64,000 nt of DNA from Spizellomyces punctatus DAOM BR117 (GCA_000182565.2 KQ257454.1); one strand, 5' to 3'; shown: positions 23,015 to 38,047, counted from the stretch's first letter. Numbers and translations: made by a program. Notes: generated by a model not told the origin, from the letters alone.

Positions 23015-25070
23015 ATGGCAACAATCGCACAGGTACATGCAATTTATGGCCATTGTTTATTCTTTTGGTATGGTCTGCTACGATGTGTACATAGTGTAAA
23101 CATTGCCATTACGTGGTGGGACTTTTCTATTAGTTGCAATGTTTCCATACTTACCATCTCTCTGCATACTACGCTACATTATTTCCATTGAGAAGGCACG
23201 AGGAGGCCGACATGGGGGCTTTCGATCGGATTTTCTGATTGCCAACCGTCGACGGGAGGAAGAGACCCGAACCCGCATGCGCGAGCAAATCCAATACTAT
23301 GAAAAAACAGCTCTACAGTCGCATTTTGAAGAGTCGACAAATGCCGCTATCATGCGAAACAGGATCATGCGCCGTTTTGAGGAGCTAAAGTCTCAAGAGA
23401 ATAGCAAACTTGAGCAACGGAGGGAAAGGTATGTAGGTCGGGTTCTTTTACGGCTCGCGCTCTAGGTGCCGACTAGATATACCATTTTGTTAGATTGCGA
23501 CAGTTACTGGCCCACGATGACGAACGGTACCAAAAGGAACTGGCATCAACAGTCGTGACTGGAGAATCTCGGGTCGAAGCCATGCGGGCAAGAATGAATG
23601 AATTGAAAGCAAAGCGAGAAAAGGAGCGTCAGAAAATCGTGGAGGAGAAGCTCTTGCAACGATGGAGGTGGGAGCATAGTTTTAATGCAACCATCCGAAC
23701 TGAAATTGATGAAACATGTGTGTCTGTTTGGTAGAAACGAATGTGACGAGCTTCGTTCTATAGAGTCACATCTGTTGGAAAAAGAAGTTGCCAGCGCCAG
23801 AGCGGAACAGTTGATCGAAGTCCAAGAAAAGAGAGCATTGGCAAAGCAGGAGAAAAAATACTACGATGATCTGTGGGAACAAGATCGTCTCAAAAAGATT
23901 GAACGAGAAGAAGCAGATCGGTTACGAAGAAGAGCCATGAATGAAGCCATGACAGCTACCTTGCAGGAACAGCTACGACTTCTCAAAGAGCACGCGCAGG
24001 AGGAACAACGATTAAAGCAGGAAGAGGGAGTTTTGATGGTAAAGTGACCGCTCATACGACCTCCACATATTGACATGCGCTAAATTTACAAACTCGCACC
24101 ATTCTAGCGACAAGAACACGAGCTTCGCCTGCTAGAAGAAGAACGAGCCCGACTCCGCAAAATCCAAGACCAACGCCAAGTCCGCCTCGAACTCGATGCG
24201 TTCAACAAGCTCAAAGTCCAACAACGTCAGCGTGAAGTCCAAGATGCCCTCGACTTGGATATCAAGATTGTCAATGCCTTTTTCCGCATGGATGAGCAGG
24301 AGAAAGAGAGCCGTAATAGACGAAAGGAAGAGATGAGAAAGGAAATGCTGCTTTATATGGAACATTTGAGGGAACAACAACGGATTGAGAAGGAGAGAGA
24401 ACGAGAGGTTGACAGGATGTATGCTGAGGAAGCTGAAAAGGTTACTCTTTGCTCACAAAACCTGATCTGCCTACCTTGAGTACTGACAATCTTTGTTCTC
24501 ACAGTTATGGCAAGCCCGAGCAGAAAAATGGAGTAAAGAACAAGGTGCACGCGACCGGCTCATGCAAGAGGTTCTATCCGGTCGCCAAGAGCAACTACAA
24601 AACGCCCGTACGTTCCCCACCATACTTGCCCCTTGAATGACTATCATAATATTAAATTTTCCCACTTGTGTACAGTCAACCACAATCGTGTCCGTCAGGA
24701 AGAAGCCCGAATGGAAAAACATCTTCTTGAACAGCAAATCGCTCAAGCGCGTGCCCAAGAAGAGGCAGAGCGGGAGCGACATGCACGTAATGCACAAGAA
24801 TATAAAGGGGCATTGTTACAGCAAATGACAGTTGCGCAAGAGAGGAAGAAGGTGGAGAAGGAACAAGCTGCACGGGAGAGTGCGGCTGAAAAGGAAGCTG
24901 AAGAGTTATACAAGGACTTGCTTCGACAAGAGACGGATCGCGCGCATCAATTGCCAAGGTTTGGACAGAGTAAATGTGAAAATCACAACGTTTTTTGCTG
25001 GAGGCTTACCCGTTTTTTACTTGTAGAGTCCGAGCCTTTAGAGCAACGAACCGTGATGCTACTCGATTGA
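23015..25070 (+). CDS. CFAP53: Axonemal coiled-coil microtubule inner protein, CFAP53/CCDC11-like, spliced
   Basis: TPH-type coiled coil; RMNELKAKREKERQKIVEEKLLQRWR|NECDELR, YYDDLWEQDRLKK. Confidence 0.78.
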
Positions 25071-25338
25071 CAGTCACACCCATGTGGGCGACTGTCGTTG
25101 GGTCTGGTGCGAAAAAAACGAAATAGAACAGAGCCCATGTCAAATAAAAAGTAGCATAAAAAAAGCGCCTATGCGTGTTTGGTTAGAGCATATTGTTTTT
25201 CTCTATTGTTGACGTCAAAAAGCTCGCGCAGATACAGAGCACGATGTATATGTATTGAGACCGCTGCATGTTTTTCTCTATGCTGCGCACCACCACAATA
25301 TGCGCTTAACGAGATCCCCAACTAGATGACACAATCTA

Positions 25339-26082
<744 letters not shown>

Positions 26083-26234
26083 TTAGCGGTGAGTTGTGTA
26101 TGTGTGTTTGCGTGTGTGTGGTTTTGTGGAGTGTGTTGACGTTTGATAAACCAATACGTACGTACACAAGTTGCAGATGGCAAGAAAAAAAAAAGGAAAT
26201 GAAAAACACAAGGGAAACTCCCCAAACCCTCCCC

Positions 26235-26320
26235 TTTTTATAGGACGCAAACTGCGAGACGCGGGCGGTGTGTTTAGTCATTATCTTGTAGTGGGTGGGA
26301 ATATTTGGATGATGAGTCAT
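26235..26320 (-). promoter_or_regulatory. Ub-Ub-AN1 promoter: TATA box plus AP-1/Yap-type sites
   Basis: TATAAAAA (minus strand) near 26240, TTAGTCA 26274-26280, ATGAGTCAT 26312-26320. Confidence 0.5.
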
Positions 26321-27071
26321 TAATAGATTTGTAACCATGTGACTCCAACGGCCAACTGCGCCTCGGGTGTGGCTTTTACCCGAAGGATTTCAAAAAGTTG
26401 GAATTGATTCAAGCAATGACGAGAAACGTAAAGACATTTGAAATTCCGACTGGAGATTCCTTTGGAGATTCTCTTGAGGAATGGAATGGGGAGATGGTGG
26501 CCTTGGTAAGTGAGCACTTGTAGTAGTAGTAGTAGATGGGCAGAGATAATAAATAAAAAAACAGGTGTGATATGTGATTTAGCATAGCCCTTGAGCCTTT
26601 TTGACAAAGACCCTTGGCTGTTCAATTCCCTCCTCCTCGCATGCAGCTGGCGGAAGTTCCTCCTCCTTTTTCCTACTAAATGGCTGTAAGACGCTGGCAA
26701 ATGGCTGTGTTTTTTGCCCAAAAGGATTCCATCATTTTATTGATAATGACGTGGTTGAAGAATTGGGGGCGCGCGGAACTTGCCATGGCCAAAGTTTTTG
26801 TACTTGATTTCTTTAATCTTTTGGCTGACTGGTTCTTGTGAAATCTTGTATTGCCCTGCCCTCCCTTTCTGACATGGAACTGCATATTGTTATCGGCAAT
26901 TGTGGTAAACATTTTCAATAACGTAGCGTAATGATACTGACTGTTTGCGCCATCCCATTCGCTAGGCGGTATATTCTACAGTAAATGTACAGTAATCCAA
27001 TAATGATGCAATAACAATTTAAGACCAACAAAAACATGAATAAAATCCACCCTCCCATCTCCCTTGATATT

Positions 27072-28203
27072 TTAGACTTCCAAAGTCACTTCAGGGAATG
27101 GAAGGGCCATAAAGTCATCGTCAAACTCGAGTGCAGAAATGTCCTCTGCCTGCTGCAAAAAGACTATTTGTCGTTCCATTTCAGACAAGATCATTGTGAC
27201 AAGATAATACAAGAACATTCATGCAGAATAACTCACATTCATCTTGAAATGGTAATTTCATGCTCAAATCTGGAGGGGACAATTCCGGCAAGTTATCATC
27301 GTAGAGGGCATCCCAGATGGCTGGATCCACGTAGGGATCCAAGCGGGGTTTAGCCAAAAAGTGGTGGTCGACAATCAGCTCTGGGTCTGGCCTGTATTTC
27401 TCCTCTGCATTATGGAAAAGGCGTTAGCAACCATTTAGAGCCCGTAGCCGTTTCACGAACATCCATACCGAATGTAGATGGAGGCATATACTCAATCTCA
27501 ACATCCTCTAATGCTTCTACCGCAGTCCCTGAAGCAACATCAGCTGTACTCTCCACTCGGTTCTCATCCCCAAAATGTTTCTTCACTTTGGTCGAGCTCT
27601 TTTTTGCCGATGATTTCAGAGATCGGACCTGTTCACCAGATCGGCTCATCGTGGATCGTTCTAATGCTCTCTGTGAATCAAAGGCCTTGTACGGAGTTTC
27701 GAATTTTGCAGCTTTAAGAGGCTTCTCGTGGGATGTCGGCGCCGTATTGCGCGGTGTGTTGACCTTTTCTTGCAGTAAGCGCTTGACGGGGGCGGGAGTC
27801 TTGACTGGGACCATGAGCTGCACATGTTTGTTCTTGGGGATATTCTTTAGAGCGCTTCGTGATTCTACAGTGGCGTTGGTTTCTTTGACGTTGACCGATT
27901 TGCCTTGCAAGGCGGTCGGCTGAATTCCCACTGTTACAAGGACCATCCAAATCAAGTACACACAAAACAATGCGCTAACAGAGAAAGAGACATACCTCGC
28001 CCGCCAGGCGTCTTTGCAAACCCACTGGACCCTTTCCCCACCTTTGCTGGCGTCGCATTTTCCTTGTCCACATTCAACAGTACGGTTTTCTTACTCGTTA
28101 GCCCAGCCCGACCAGGTGTTTTAAACGACAGGCCCTTTGCTCCAGGTGTCTTGGTCGCGCCAACAGCATTCTCCTTGTCAACATTGTTTTCCTTGTTTTG
28201 CAT
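27072..28203 (-). CDS. Putative securin (separase inhibitor; Pds1/Cut2/PTTG1-like), 4 exons, ~309 aa
   Basis: Exons 28203-27996, 27930-27469, 27404-27237, 27163-27072. Three KEN boxes, D-box RSALKNIPKN, many TP sites, EDVEIEYMPP motif, acidic C-terminus. Confidence 0.65.
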
Positions 28204-28766
28204 GTGCCGTTGGACGGCGCGAACCGAGGGAAGATTCCGAATCATTCTGTGTGCTGCCAAGACTCTGAATGCGGTATGGATGACCGCCGTCAGATGCAAT
28301 CTCTGTGACGGCTGCGGCAGAGGGCTTGTAAACAATTAAAACGCTGCACTTGTCTCGTCTGGTCTGTTGGAGATCATCAGATGCAAATGCGTAGCAATTT
28401 CAAGTCAACAGATCAGCTACGAACAGAGTTGTCAAACACACCGACGCGTTCGAATGTCCGACTGGCACTCTTGGGTAAGCATTCCGATCGTCCTCACACC
28501 CGTTGCGAAATGCCGTGGAATGTTGTTTGGAAACAGAGATGTTAGCATAGCCAATGCAGCACACCCATGACTTGTCAAATGTATGAACTCTGTTCGTTGG
28601 TTACATGATCAGCATCTACCTGATATTTGAATATCAAGATATTGCTCGACAGGTGAGTATGGTACAGTGCATCTGCACCAGTCCTCCAATTGATATTGCG
28701 CAGAATTCAACAGAATTATACGAAAAATATATCATGTCCTATCAAGTATACACAGCTCTTTTACAT

Positions 28767-31129
28767 TTACCGCAAATACCCATTCGGCTGCGCACCATTT
28801 TGGAACCCGCTTGTCCTCAGAGTCCGCAATTGTGGGTGTGCAGACTGAAAAGTCGTAAACACCATATAACTGAACACGTTATCATCTTCGATGGTTGCAC
28901 CGCGGTTGGCCCAGTACAGGCGGAACATTTCTTTTGTTATCTGGTCCATTCTTGAAAGGGATGAAGAATTAGAAAACATGTGAATGATTGTGTCGGAGGA
29001 AATTCGAGCTTTTTTACCGTTCTGAGCCATCAAATCCTGCCTCCAGCTCTTCCTCAAAAAGGCGATCCCGAGATTTCTCACCAGATAGCCATTCGGTAAA
29101 CCGAGTGCAATCAAACGCAGCGCGGAGCTGGTGAATGTCAATAAAACCTGCAACCAAAAACCCGTCAGCCAAGAGTCACTCGGATCATATATAAACCAAG
29201 TAACTTACCCCGTTTTGGGGTATCCAGTCGTGCAAACGCTTGATCTGAAACGTATCTTCTTAGTGGATCCATGTCACCTCGCAGGTCTTCAATGAAGCGC
29301 ATATACGGAATTGCATTGCTCTCTGTCGCATAGTGGACGATCAAACCATCCATGTTCTGTCATCCCAGAAAGATGAATCCAGGTGTCACCTAGCCAAAAA
29401 GATTGGCCATCACGCATACCTCAACGCCGAGCAGCGGTAAGCATTCTAAGAGCACCTCTGTAAATACACCTGCAGGAACACAAAGAGTTTGATGCGGGTC
29501 TTGCGCGCGTAAGTTTCGGATCAATGATGCGACTGTCAGACGTTTTCGATTTGATGCAGTTGAACGAAGTTGGTTCTTGATTGTCTTGAAGATTAGCTGT
29601 AACCCAAGAACGTACAATCAGGTTTCCCTTTTCTCTAACTGAAATCGTGTCTCTGGTTTTTACCTCGAGAGGCAGCACGATACCAGCCGTTCGATCCACT
29701 CTGCCCATTCTCCTTATACGAACTCTTTGCTCTCCCTCTCTCATCCCTATCGCGGCTACACTATAATCGGGCAACACATCGTAACGTTTGTATACAAGCC
29801 TGCCATCCCTTTTCCGTGGCTTGGGTGCTGGAGTTGCTGGGAACCCTCGGGTACCGGTCCTATCATCGGCTGTCGACTGGGTTTGGTCCAATATCGGCCA
29901 GCAGCATTTTACCATTGAAGAAAAGGTGGTGTCGGACGAGTAGCTGATGGAAAGACCGGCAAAGTAATCCAGAAACTGGGTGCGAGATATTCTTGGGGGA
30001 CAGTAGTATAGGAACGTGTCGATGAATTCTAAGGTAACTTCTTCTACTCTTTTATGGCCTGCCATTAAATGTGTGCGCCTTAACCAATATGCACGAATAT
30101 GCACCAATCTGTAGAGATACCTACCATTTACAACGTCCGGATGTCCAGCGGCGTGAAATGCTCTTTTAACCTCCTCTCTATCAATCTTTCCATCATCCCC
30201 TTTTCTGAAATGGCCAAAGAGTGCAAGGATGACTTCCCGCCGTTGGCTACTAATCTTGCCCTAAGGAATTCTAGGCATAAGTGAGCCTGATCAGAACAGG
30301 TACTTGACTGAGATTGCAATACCGCAATAGCTTTGACCAGTTCGTTATAGACGAGATGGTTAGTTCCAAAACCGTAGTTCTCGTATAGAATCGTAAAGCC
30401 CTGTAATACAAGTGATGAGGACATGTCACGGATGCTGGCTTTTTAATGGCATTGCTTCACGATCTGACCTCTGGAGTAATCTCCAGCTCTGCATCTTTTA
30501 ATGCTTTTTCGAATCTTGGCAGAGTCAGCTTTCCGCTGTAAACATAAAAACATCATTTATCAATTTTTGATGCCCTCAAAAAAACGTCCTATCCGTTCAA
30601 ATTACTTACCTCCTGTCCAAATCATTCTTTTGGCAAAACTGCAAAAAACTAAAAATGCCACGGGCACCGCGCCGGCTCAAGGTATCCTACATCGAGGATG
30701 AATATCGGACAAAAGAACCCTACAAGCTGCTACAAACATTACTTACACGAAGCTCTTGCAGAATGGATTCCACCCTGGGATCCACTATTGGGTTCTTTGT
30801 TTGTGCTTGTGCTCCTAATGACTGGGGCACCTTGGAAGACTTTTGCTGAGTGGAAAATTTGTGTTCGGTTGGTTGAAGCCATCCTTGTTCATAGGCACGG
30901 CGTTGTAGGACCGCACGAGGTATATGCTTCGTGCTTCATAAAGAAAAGTAAATATATTAGAGATGAATAAGATGGGAAGTTTACAATATTTTGTAAAAAA
31001 AAAATACTGTTACCTATAGTTTGTCGAAAACAATGCCAGTCCCGCAGGTGATTCGAAAAACGATTCCGATCCCAGATCTCGTGGGGGCTTGGCGGCGGAC
31101 AAGCCTGGCGGGTTCCTTGCCCTGAGCAT
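28767..31129 (-). CDS. Calcyphosin-like degenerate EF-hand protein, multi-exon (boundaries approximate)
   Basis: LEFIDTF...ISRTQFLDYFAGLSISYSSDTTFSSMVKCCW and FIEDLRGDMDPLRRYVSDQAFARLD resemble calcyphosin repeats. Confidence 0.55.
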
Positions 31130-31861
31130 TTTTCAAGACAAAGGTTGCAAATAGTGCGACTGTAACCGAGCGCTGGCTATCGCAGATGAGGAATTTGGCC
31201 AAGTCCGATGCTTATGTCATCTCTCACCCATGGTGTTGTCAAACTTCATCGTACGCTTTTACTTTTTGCTCGGAGGGTAACCATTTGAGGTGGTACCGCT
31301 TTTAAGACTTTTGTGTAAGAGTTTATTTGGATATTGGTGCCAGACGATCCTATTTCCTGTCGCTGGAGCTCGTTCGCTGTAACTCGGCCAGCTTATCAAC
31401 TCTGTTACGGCGTCACAACGTGTGGGGTCATGTTGGCTGCCACAGAACCATGTCATGAAAAGACATGCTGACTGAGAACATGTCAGCATGAGTATCAGCA
31501 TGCATGTTGTGTATAGCTATTCTTATAGGCTGAATCTAAAGTCTCACTGGCGTGAAGAGCAGTTTACATGAATGGTCCAAATTCAAAATATGCCACCCCA
31601 ATGGCCCCATGCTGGAATGGATCGACAGCGTTGGTCCCCTCAAGCCCTTTCAAAAGCAACAATCAAGAACACATGTTCAACGGAAAACTCTGGTTGCCCA
31701 AAGGGCGCGGACCCTGCCTGACTCCATCTGACGCAAACAAAAGTGTGATTCAACACACAAAAGAATCCCTCAAGATAAAAGGCCGAGCTTTCGTTTCCCT
31801 TCCGTCTTTTTGCCTCAACATTCCTACCTACAAACTCGCTACGTTTCTTTTGTTTTGCACC

Positions 31862-32211
31862 ATGGCCGAAATTCACGGACAAGAGCCCCATACCTATGAA
31901 TATGCCAGCGCAGACCAACTGGCTGAGCGCGATATGGATGAGACGCAAAAGGCGCGTTTCGAGGAGCTGATGCACAAGCCTGCGGTGAGGGTTTTATAAA
32001 GTATATCACTCTTTTTGTTAAGGGCGATGCTGTTTATACTTTATTCAGCATGAATTGCGCAACATTTTGGAAGAGCATCACATTGAGTACAAGGTAAGAT
32101 GGACGGGCGTCTGTGGGATTGATGGACTGTTGTGCTGAACGTTCACCATGATAGGATTGTAACGAAAAGCAAGAGTTTGCACGAAAGATTATGGATCGTG
32201 TCAAAGACTGA
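31862..32211 (+). CDS. Small (~74 aa) protein with a SAP/ARMET_C-like motif, 3 exons
   Basis: MAEIHGQEPH...LMHKPA|HELRNILEEHHIEYK|DCNEKQEFARKIMDRVKD*, with canonical introns. Confidence 0.65.
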
Positions 32212-32920
32212 AAGCTCTACGCAGCTTTTCTCTTCTAGTCCCGTTGCGTTGATCCAGTTGCGTTGATATGGGTTTTTAGTCGTCTAGTTTGTGCTAGTGT
32301 TTTTTTGCAATTCTGGTAGACGAGGGCAGGGTAGTTCTACTGGGTGATTTGTTCTTTTTTGACATAACGTTTGGTTTATTTGGGCTTTTGGGCAACAAGA
32401 TGAAAATGGATTTTGGAGACAAGTTGGGCCTTCTACAAGGTTTTTTTTCCTTATCGCTATTGGACTTTTGGCTTCTTTTTTGGGCCTTTGATGAAGCGAC
32501 GAACCCTGGCAACATGTAGCGTTCAAAAGTACTGCGCAAGCGACACCCACTCACCCATTCACACATACTCTTCCATTAAAACCATCAACTTGCAAGCAAG
32601 AAGCATTCCTCCATCAAAGCAAAGCAACTCACATTCTAATAAAAAAAAGAAGGAATAATCCCAAGTGTTCGAAACTCCGCGTTCAACTCCAAGAAATTTG
32701 AGGCGCTTCCCAATTGGAGAATCTCACCCCAAATTGAAACACTTTTTGATTTGTCTCCAAAATTACTAAAAGGTTGAACTTTTCCTTTTGGTTTTTTTTA
32801 CGTTTGCTTTGGACAAGGGACTTTAGAACAAGAAGAACAAGGATATATTCCCCCATTCTTTTCTACCATTACTTTCACCACTTTTCGTCTTTGACTTGGT
32901 TGACAAAGAGGTTACAGCTC

Positions 32921-35665
32921 ATGAAGTCGTCCGCGTCATGTCATTATTTGGCATTACAGTAAAAAGACGTGCGCGAGGCAAGTCGGATTCAGCAAAGGAT
33001 AAAGAGGTGAGGAACTCAACGCTTTTGTGTGGTCCGTAGAGAAAATGTAGAGGATGGGGGGAAGGAAGGAAGGAAAGCGACAAACGACGGTCGTCATTCA
33101 CGTGATGAGGCCATCGCTCAGCCGCCCAAAGGAGGCCAGCGGAGGGGAGAGTGCAAAGACGCAAAAGGATCTGGCAGAGGTTTTTCCCCATTCCCCTTCA
33201 AACTTGTTAATTAACCTTTTGCGCAACTCCCCGTGTAGGAGGTTCAACAACCCCAATTCAAGTCTCCCAGCACTCGACTTGGGCCGCCTCTGGTTCCACC
33301 GTCACGACCATTGAATCGTGCTCGACCTCCCCTCACTCGATCGGCAACATTTCCAGTTTTGCAGCAACCGAGCCTTGACATTCCAAACGCAAACTATCCT
33401 TCTTCCCACCTATCCGCCCCGGTGAACGGCACAATGCAGGAAAACGGCTCACACGATCCTCCGTCGCCGACTTGGCGCGAGGACGCTCCCTACCTTCCCT
33501 TTTTGGACGAAGTGCGTGCAGCAGGCCAACATCAACGAGCCAATTCCTTTATCTCAGAAGAGGGAACATCGTTAGGGAGACGTCTAAGTTCTCGTGGCCG
33601 ACGCAGTCTAAATCGTCTCAAAGCTACTCTGAACTTGGGTAGCGAGGACTCGTCAGCGTCTTTGAGTGCTGATAATGACGCTCATTCTTCTCATTCTGCA
33701 AGTACAAGCAATACCGCTGTGCACTCGGATGGACAAGAAATTGATCCAGTCACTGGTGTTGCGTTTGCAAACGAGAGGGATAATGCAGACTTCCATCGCG
33801 CATATCCCAGCATTGATGATACTGATCGGTTAATCGATGGTACGGTCACATTTTAACGCCTGTACGTGAGAATCCATCTTTTGAATTGTAACCCTTTTTC
33901 TTGTTTACCATTAGATTTTGCTTGTGCGTGGAATAAGGAAGGTCTCTTGATCCAAGGACGCATGTGGATTTCTCAGCGTCACGTATGCTTTAAAGGCTGG
34001 ACGCAAAGCTCGCACATTTGTATTCAGCTTGCCAAAGTGAAAAGCATTGAAAAAAGGAACATTGCCCTCGTCATTCCAAATTCCATGGAAATAGAAACGG
34101 AGCGCGGAAAGTATTTTTTTGCGAGTTTCTTTAATCGAGATACCACCTATGACTTGCTCACCAAGCTGTGGAGAAACAATATGGTACTGTGTATTTGTCT
34201 ATCTGGTGTTTTAGTTTTTGTATAATGTCTTACGGTTTTTATCCAGTCATCAACCAGCTCACGGGATTCTGCGGACGACGAGATCGACGAATCTTGTACC
34301 TGCGACGGCTTGGGTACATGTGAATCTTGCTTCACAAAGGCTAAATTAAACGGACGCCGCGGGAGCGAGGATGCGCGAGGGAGACCGCTCTTGCGTAAGC
34401 TGGGAATTGGCCAAAGGGACAAGTCATCCACCTCCGAGAACGCTAGCACCGAATCATCGCCACAAATCTCTTCTGTAGCCAAAGCTGCTGAAGTTGGCTC
34501 CCCCATTCTCACCCTTACCACCGCCGAAGGTGAAAACATTGCGCCTCCGACGCCGCCAGACAGTCCACCCCGTGCAAGATCCGAACAGCCCGCTGCACAA
34601 TGTCAATGTGGCGAGGAGCACAGAAGAATGAGAACAATATTAGACAATACATATCCTGTGCGAGTTGAAGATTTGTGGACAATGTGGTTCTCACCCAAGA
34701 GTGATGACGGCGACTGGTATGGACGTTTTTTGGTTCATAATCGCAAAGTCAAAGGTGGGTCAAACAAATCAAAGGCTGTGCATTATATGTATTTGGCATT
34801 AAGAATGCATTTTGTGTAGATTTGGCGATTGGCCCATGGGTGGCGCCTGATGATGTGTCGGAGGCAAAACCGCTGCCCATACCTTCTGGGAATTCCGCAT
34901 ACAGTCCGTCGATGGCTGACGCTGAAGTTGGCTGGCATAGAAAATTGGAATATATCATGCCCCTCACCGGGCCGATTGGGCCTAAACAAACTAAATGCAT
35001 TGTCGACGAACAAATTGTTGCCAAACAAGATGGGTAGGTTTACTCTGTGTAGTTGCAACTTTATCAATCCAGCAAAAAACTAATCACAAAGAACATCCAG
35101 CGCTATTTGCCTTCAAAGTCGCGCCGTAACCCCCGATGTCCCTTCAGGACAAGCATTCCACGTCATCACTCGAATCTGCCTCCTTCACACCCCACCAGCC
35201 AGCACTCATGTCGTCGTATCCACCGAAGTCGTTTTCACGAAATCCTCCTGGATCCGTGCAGCTATTGAAAAAGCTACACCAGAAGGACAGTCAAAATTTT
35301 TCAAAGAACTGGATTTGGCTTTTACTGCCGAATTCACCAAAAAGCATGCCCATAAAAAACACATCAAGAAACCAGTGCATCATACGATCATAAAGTCCCA
35401 CTTGAGAGGGCATTCGCCCTCGCCTTCCCCATTTACCCCCTCGTCATCATTACCGCCAGAAAGGCAAGAACAACCCAACCAGCATGTTATTCCTTTGCTG
35501 TCTGGCTCCTCCTTGGAACCCAATTTGACGTTTATGGTGTTTGCTGTTTTGATTGTAGCCGTTTTGTTGTCTTTGAGTATGCAAGCTGTTGCATTGTACA
35601 AAGTTGTTGGGATTTTGGAAAAGGTGGAAGCAAGAGTTGGAGAGGCGTGTGGGAGGGTACTGTAA
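32921..35665 (+). CDS. GRAM + VASt/StARkin sterol transfer protein with C-terminal TM (Lam/GRAMD1 family); start uncertain
   Basis: NADFHRAY, DFACAW...LIQGRMWISQRHVCF...KYFFASFFNRDTTYD (GRAM); RKLEYIMPLTGPIGPKQTKC...TPDVPSG (VASt); TM FMVFAVLIVAVLL. Confidence 0.85.
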
Positions 35666-35942
35666 CCATAGTCCTATAGAAGTTTTTTGTAGCATAGTCG
35701 CAAAGTTTTGTTTTTCTGCCTACATGTTTCTTGACTTGTTTTATTTTTGGCCATAAAGAAAAAACAACCAGTGTTACCTTGCTGTTTGTGCAAGCAGGAG
35801 AGCTATATTTACAACAAACGCTCCAAAATGACAAACGTTCACACAATCTAGAGTAAAACCCCCGTGCGATGTCCCAGAAGATATATAACCTTCCTCTCCC
35901 AATAAAGCGCAAATGCATCAGTGACAACAAAACAAAAATGGA

Positions 35943-37794
35943 TTAATGTTGAGCCCATTGGATCGATTTCAGATCAATGCCTTCCTGAACCTATAGATAT
36001 AAAAAAAAGTCATCAACCACCTGTTTGCAAAAAAAGAAACACCACAGAACATACCATCTCCCATAAAGGACTCATCTCCCTCAACCTTCCCACATGCTTC
36101 ACAACCCTATCCACAACAAAATCCACCTCCGCCTCCGTCGTGAACCGTCCAATCCCAAACCGAATCGAACTGTGCGCCATATCATCATCGGCACCGAGAG
36201 CACGAAGCACGTAGGACGGTTCCAGGGATGCTGATGTGCATGCGCTGCCGGACGAGAGCGCAATTTCTTTGAGAGCCATTAAGAGGGATTCACCTTCTAC
36301 GTAGGCAAATGAGAGGTTGACGCAGCCAGGATACGAGGCATCGGGGTCGCCGTTGCGGACAACGTGTTCGATTTGGGAGGTTATTCCATTAATAAGGCGG
36401 TCCGAAAGGGCTCTGATGCGAGCTGCGTCGTACTACAGTTCACCAAAAAAAAAAAAAAAAAGTGATAAGCTATAGCTGTTCTCGTACCAGTATACTCAAA
36501 ATGTCACATACATTCATTTCCTCTTTGGCGATAGCACAAGCCGCACCCAACCCTACAACCAAAGGAGTTGGTACAGTCCCACTCCGCAAACCCCTCTCTT
36601 GTCCACCACCAGACATGATTGGCTCCAATCGTACACGCGGGCGACGTCGAACATAGAGGGCACCAATGCCTTTTGGACCATATATTTTGTGTCCTGATAT
36701 GGACATGAGATCCACGTTCATGGCGTTCACGTCGAGGGGTATTTTACCGACAGCTTGCGCCGCGTCAGTCTACACATCGCAGAAAAAAAGGATTTAGGAA
36801 TTTTGTCATATGCAAGGTCAAGAGATGGGGTTAACCTACATGAAAGAATACTTTTTTTGCCCGGCAAATCTTTCCAATCTCTGCAATAGGTTGGATGACT
36901 CCAATCTCATTGTTTACGGTCATGATGGACACCAGAGCGGTTTCAGGTCGGATCGCTTCTTCCAGAGTCTAACATGAAAAAGAAGGTAAGTTTCTGCGAG
37001 TACACGCCATGCAGAAATGCGTACCTGAAGATCAATCAGTCCATTCTCCTTGACAGGTAAATATGTCACATCGAAACCCTCCTCTTGCAACACACGGCAA
37101 GAGTCCAACACACATTTATGTTCCGTCTGAGTAGTAATAATATGGTTCTTCTTACTCTTGTAAAACCTCGCAACACCTTTAACACTCATATTGTTTGACT
37201 CGGTAGCTCCACTTGTGAAAATAATCTCTTTGGGATCTGCTCCAATAAGATCGGCCACTTGCTGTCGCCCCTTTTCTACACCTGCCTCCGATTCCCAGCC
37301 GTATTGATGAGTTCGTGAGTGGGGATTGCCGTAGAATTGCGTCATGTAGGGGAGCATAGCGTCGATGACTCGAGGATCCATTGGGGCGGTTGCTTGGACG
37401 TCGAGGTAGATGGGGCGTCCGTCTCGTTTCACAAGGGATTCTTCAAATCCAGAAGCTGGATGATAGAATGCTTTAATATACAGAAAGCGGGCTCTAAACA
37501 AGCAAGGTGATCTTTTGCATATCCCAATCCCCAGCACCTTCCCGCCGCCAATATCATGCAATTTGGTACAAGCATCTCCTTCAAACCCATCCAAAACAAC
37601 CGATACGCACCTTCTATTGGTGTCTCCTGTGCGGTAGCAGCAGCTTGCACACGTTGTGTCGCAGTAACCAAAGTCTTCCTCGAGTCGACTACGGATCTCC
37701 TTGAGCAGTCTCGCAAAACTGTCGACGCACACCGTGGTCGCAAAGCATTGACTGCCTGTACCGTAGGACGGCCTAGGCGATACAGAAGCGACAT
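35943..37794 (-). CDS. NFS1: Mitochondrial cysteine desulfurase, spliced
   Basis: [58 protein letters not shown]-terminal IQWAQH. Confidence 0.96.
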
Positions 37795-38047
37795 GATTGG
37801 TTTCGTGTCTCTATTCAACCGATGGGGTAATGCCTCCTTGGGTGTGTTCAAAGAAAAACACAATGGGGTTGAACGGTTTGTTTAAAAACTTGGTGAGTCG
37901 GCGGATATTTACATTTGACGCGGCACCGTGACTTTGCATTGTGGCACGGGCAGATAATTAATATCACGTAATACGATCGGCAACGTTTGGTTTTGCATTT
38001 GTCTTTGTTTTGCTTTTGTGAATTATCAACCATATCGCATCAAAACC

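Noticed and set aside
26380-26490. GAA/TTC-rich stretch upstream of Ub-AN1 as a heat-shock element
   Set aside because: No clean run of three alternating nGAAn units found
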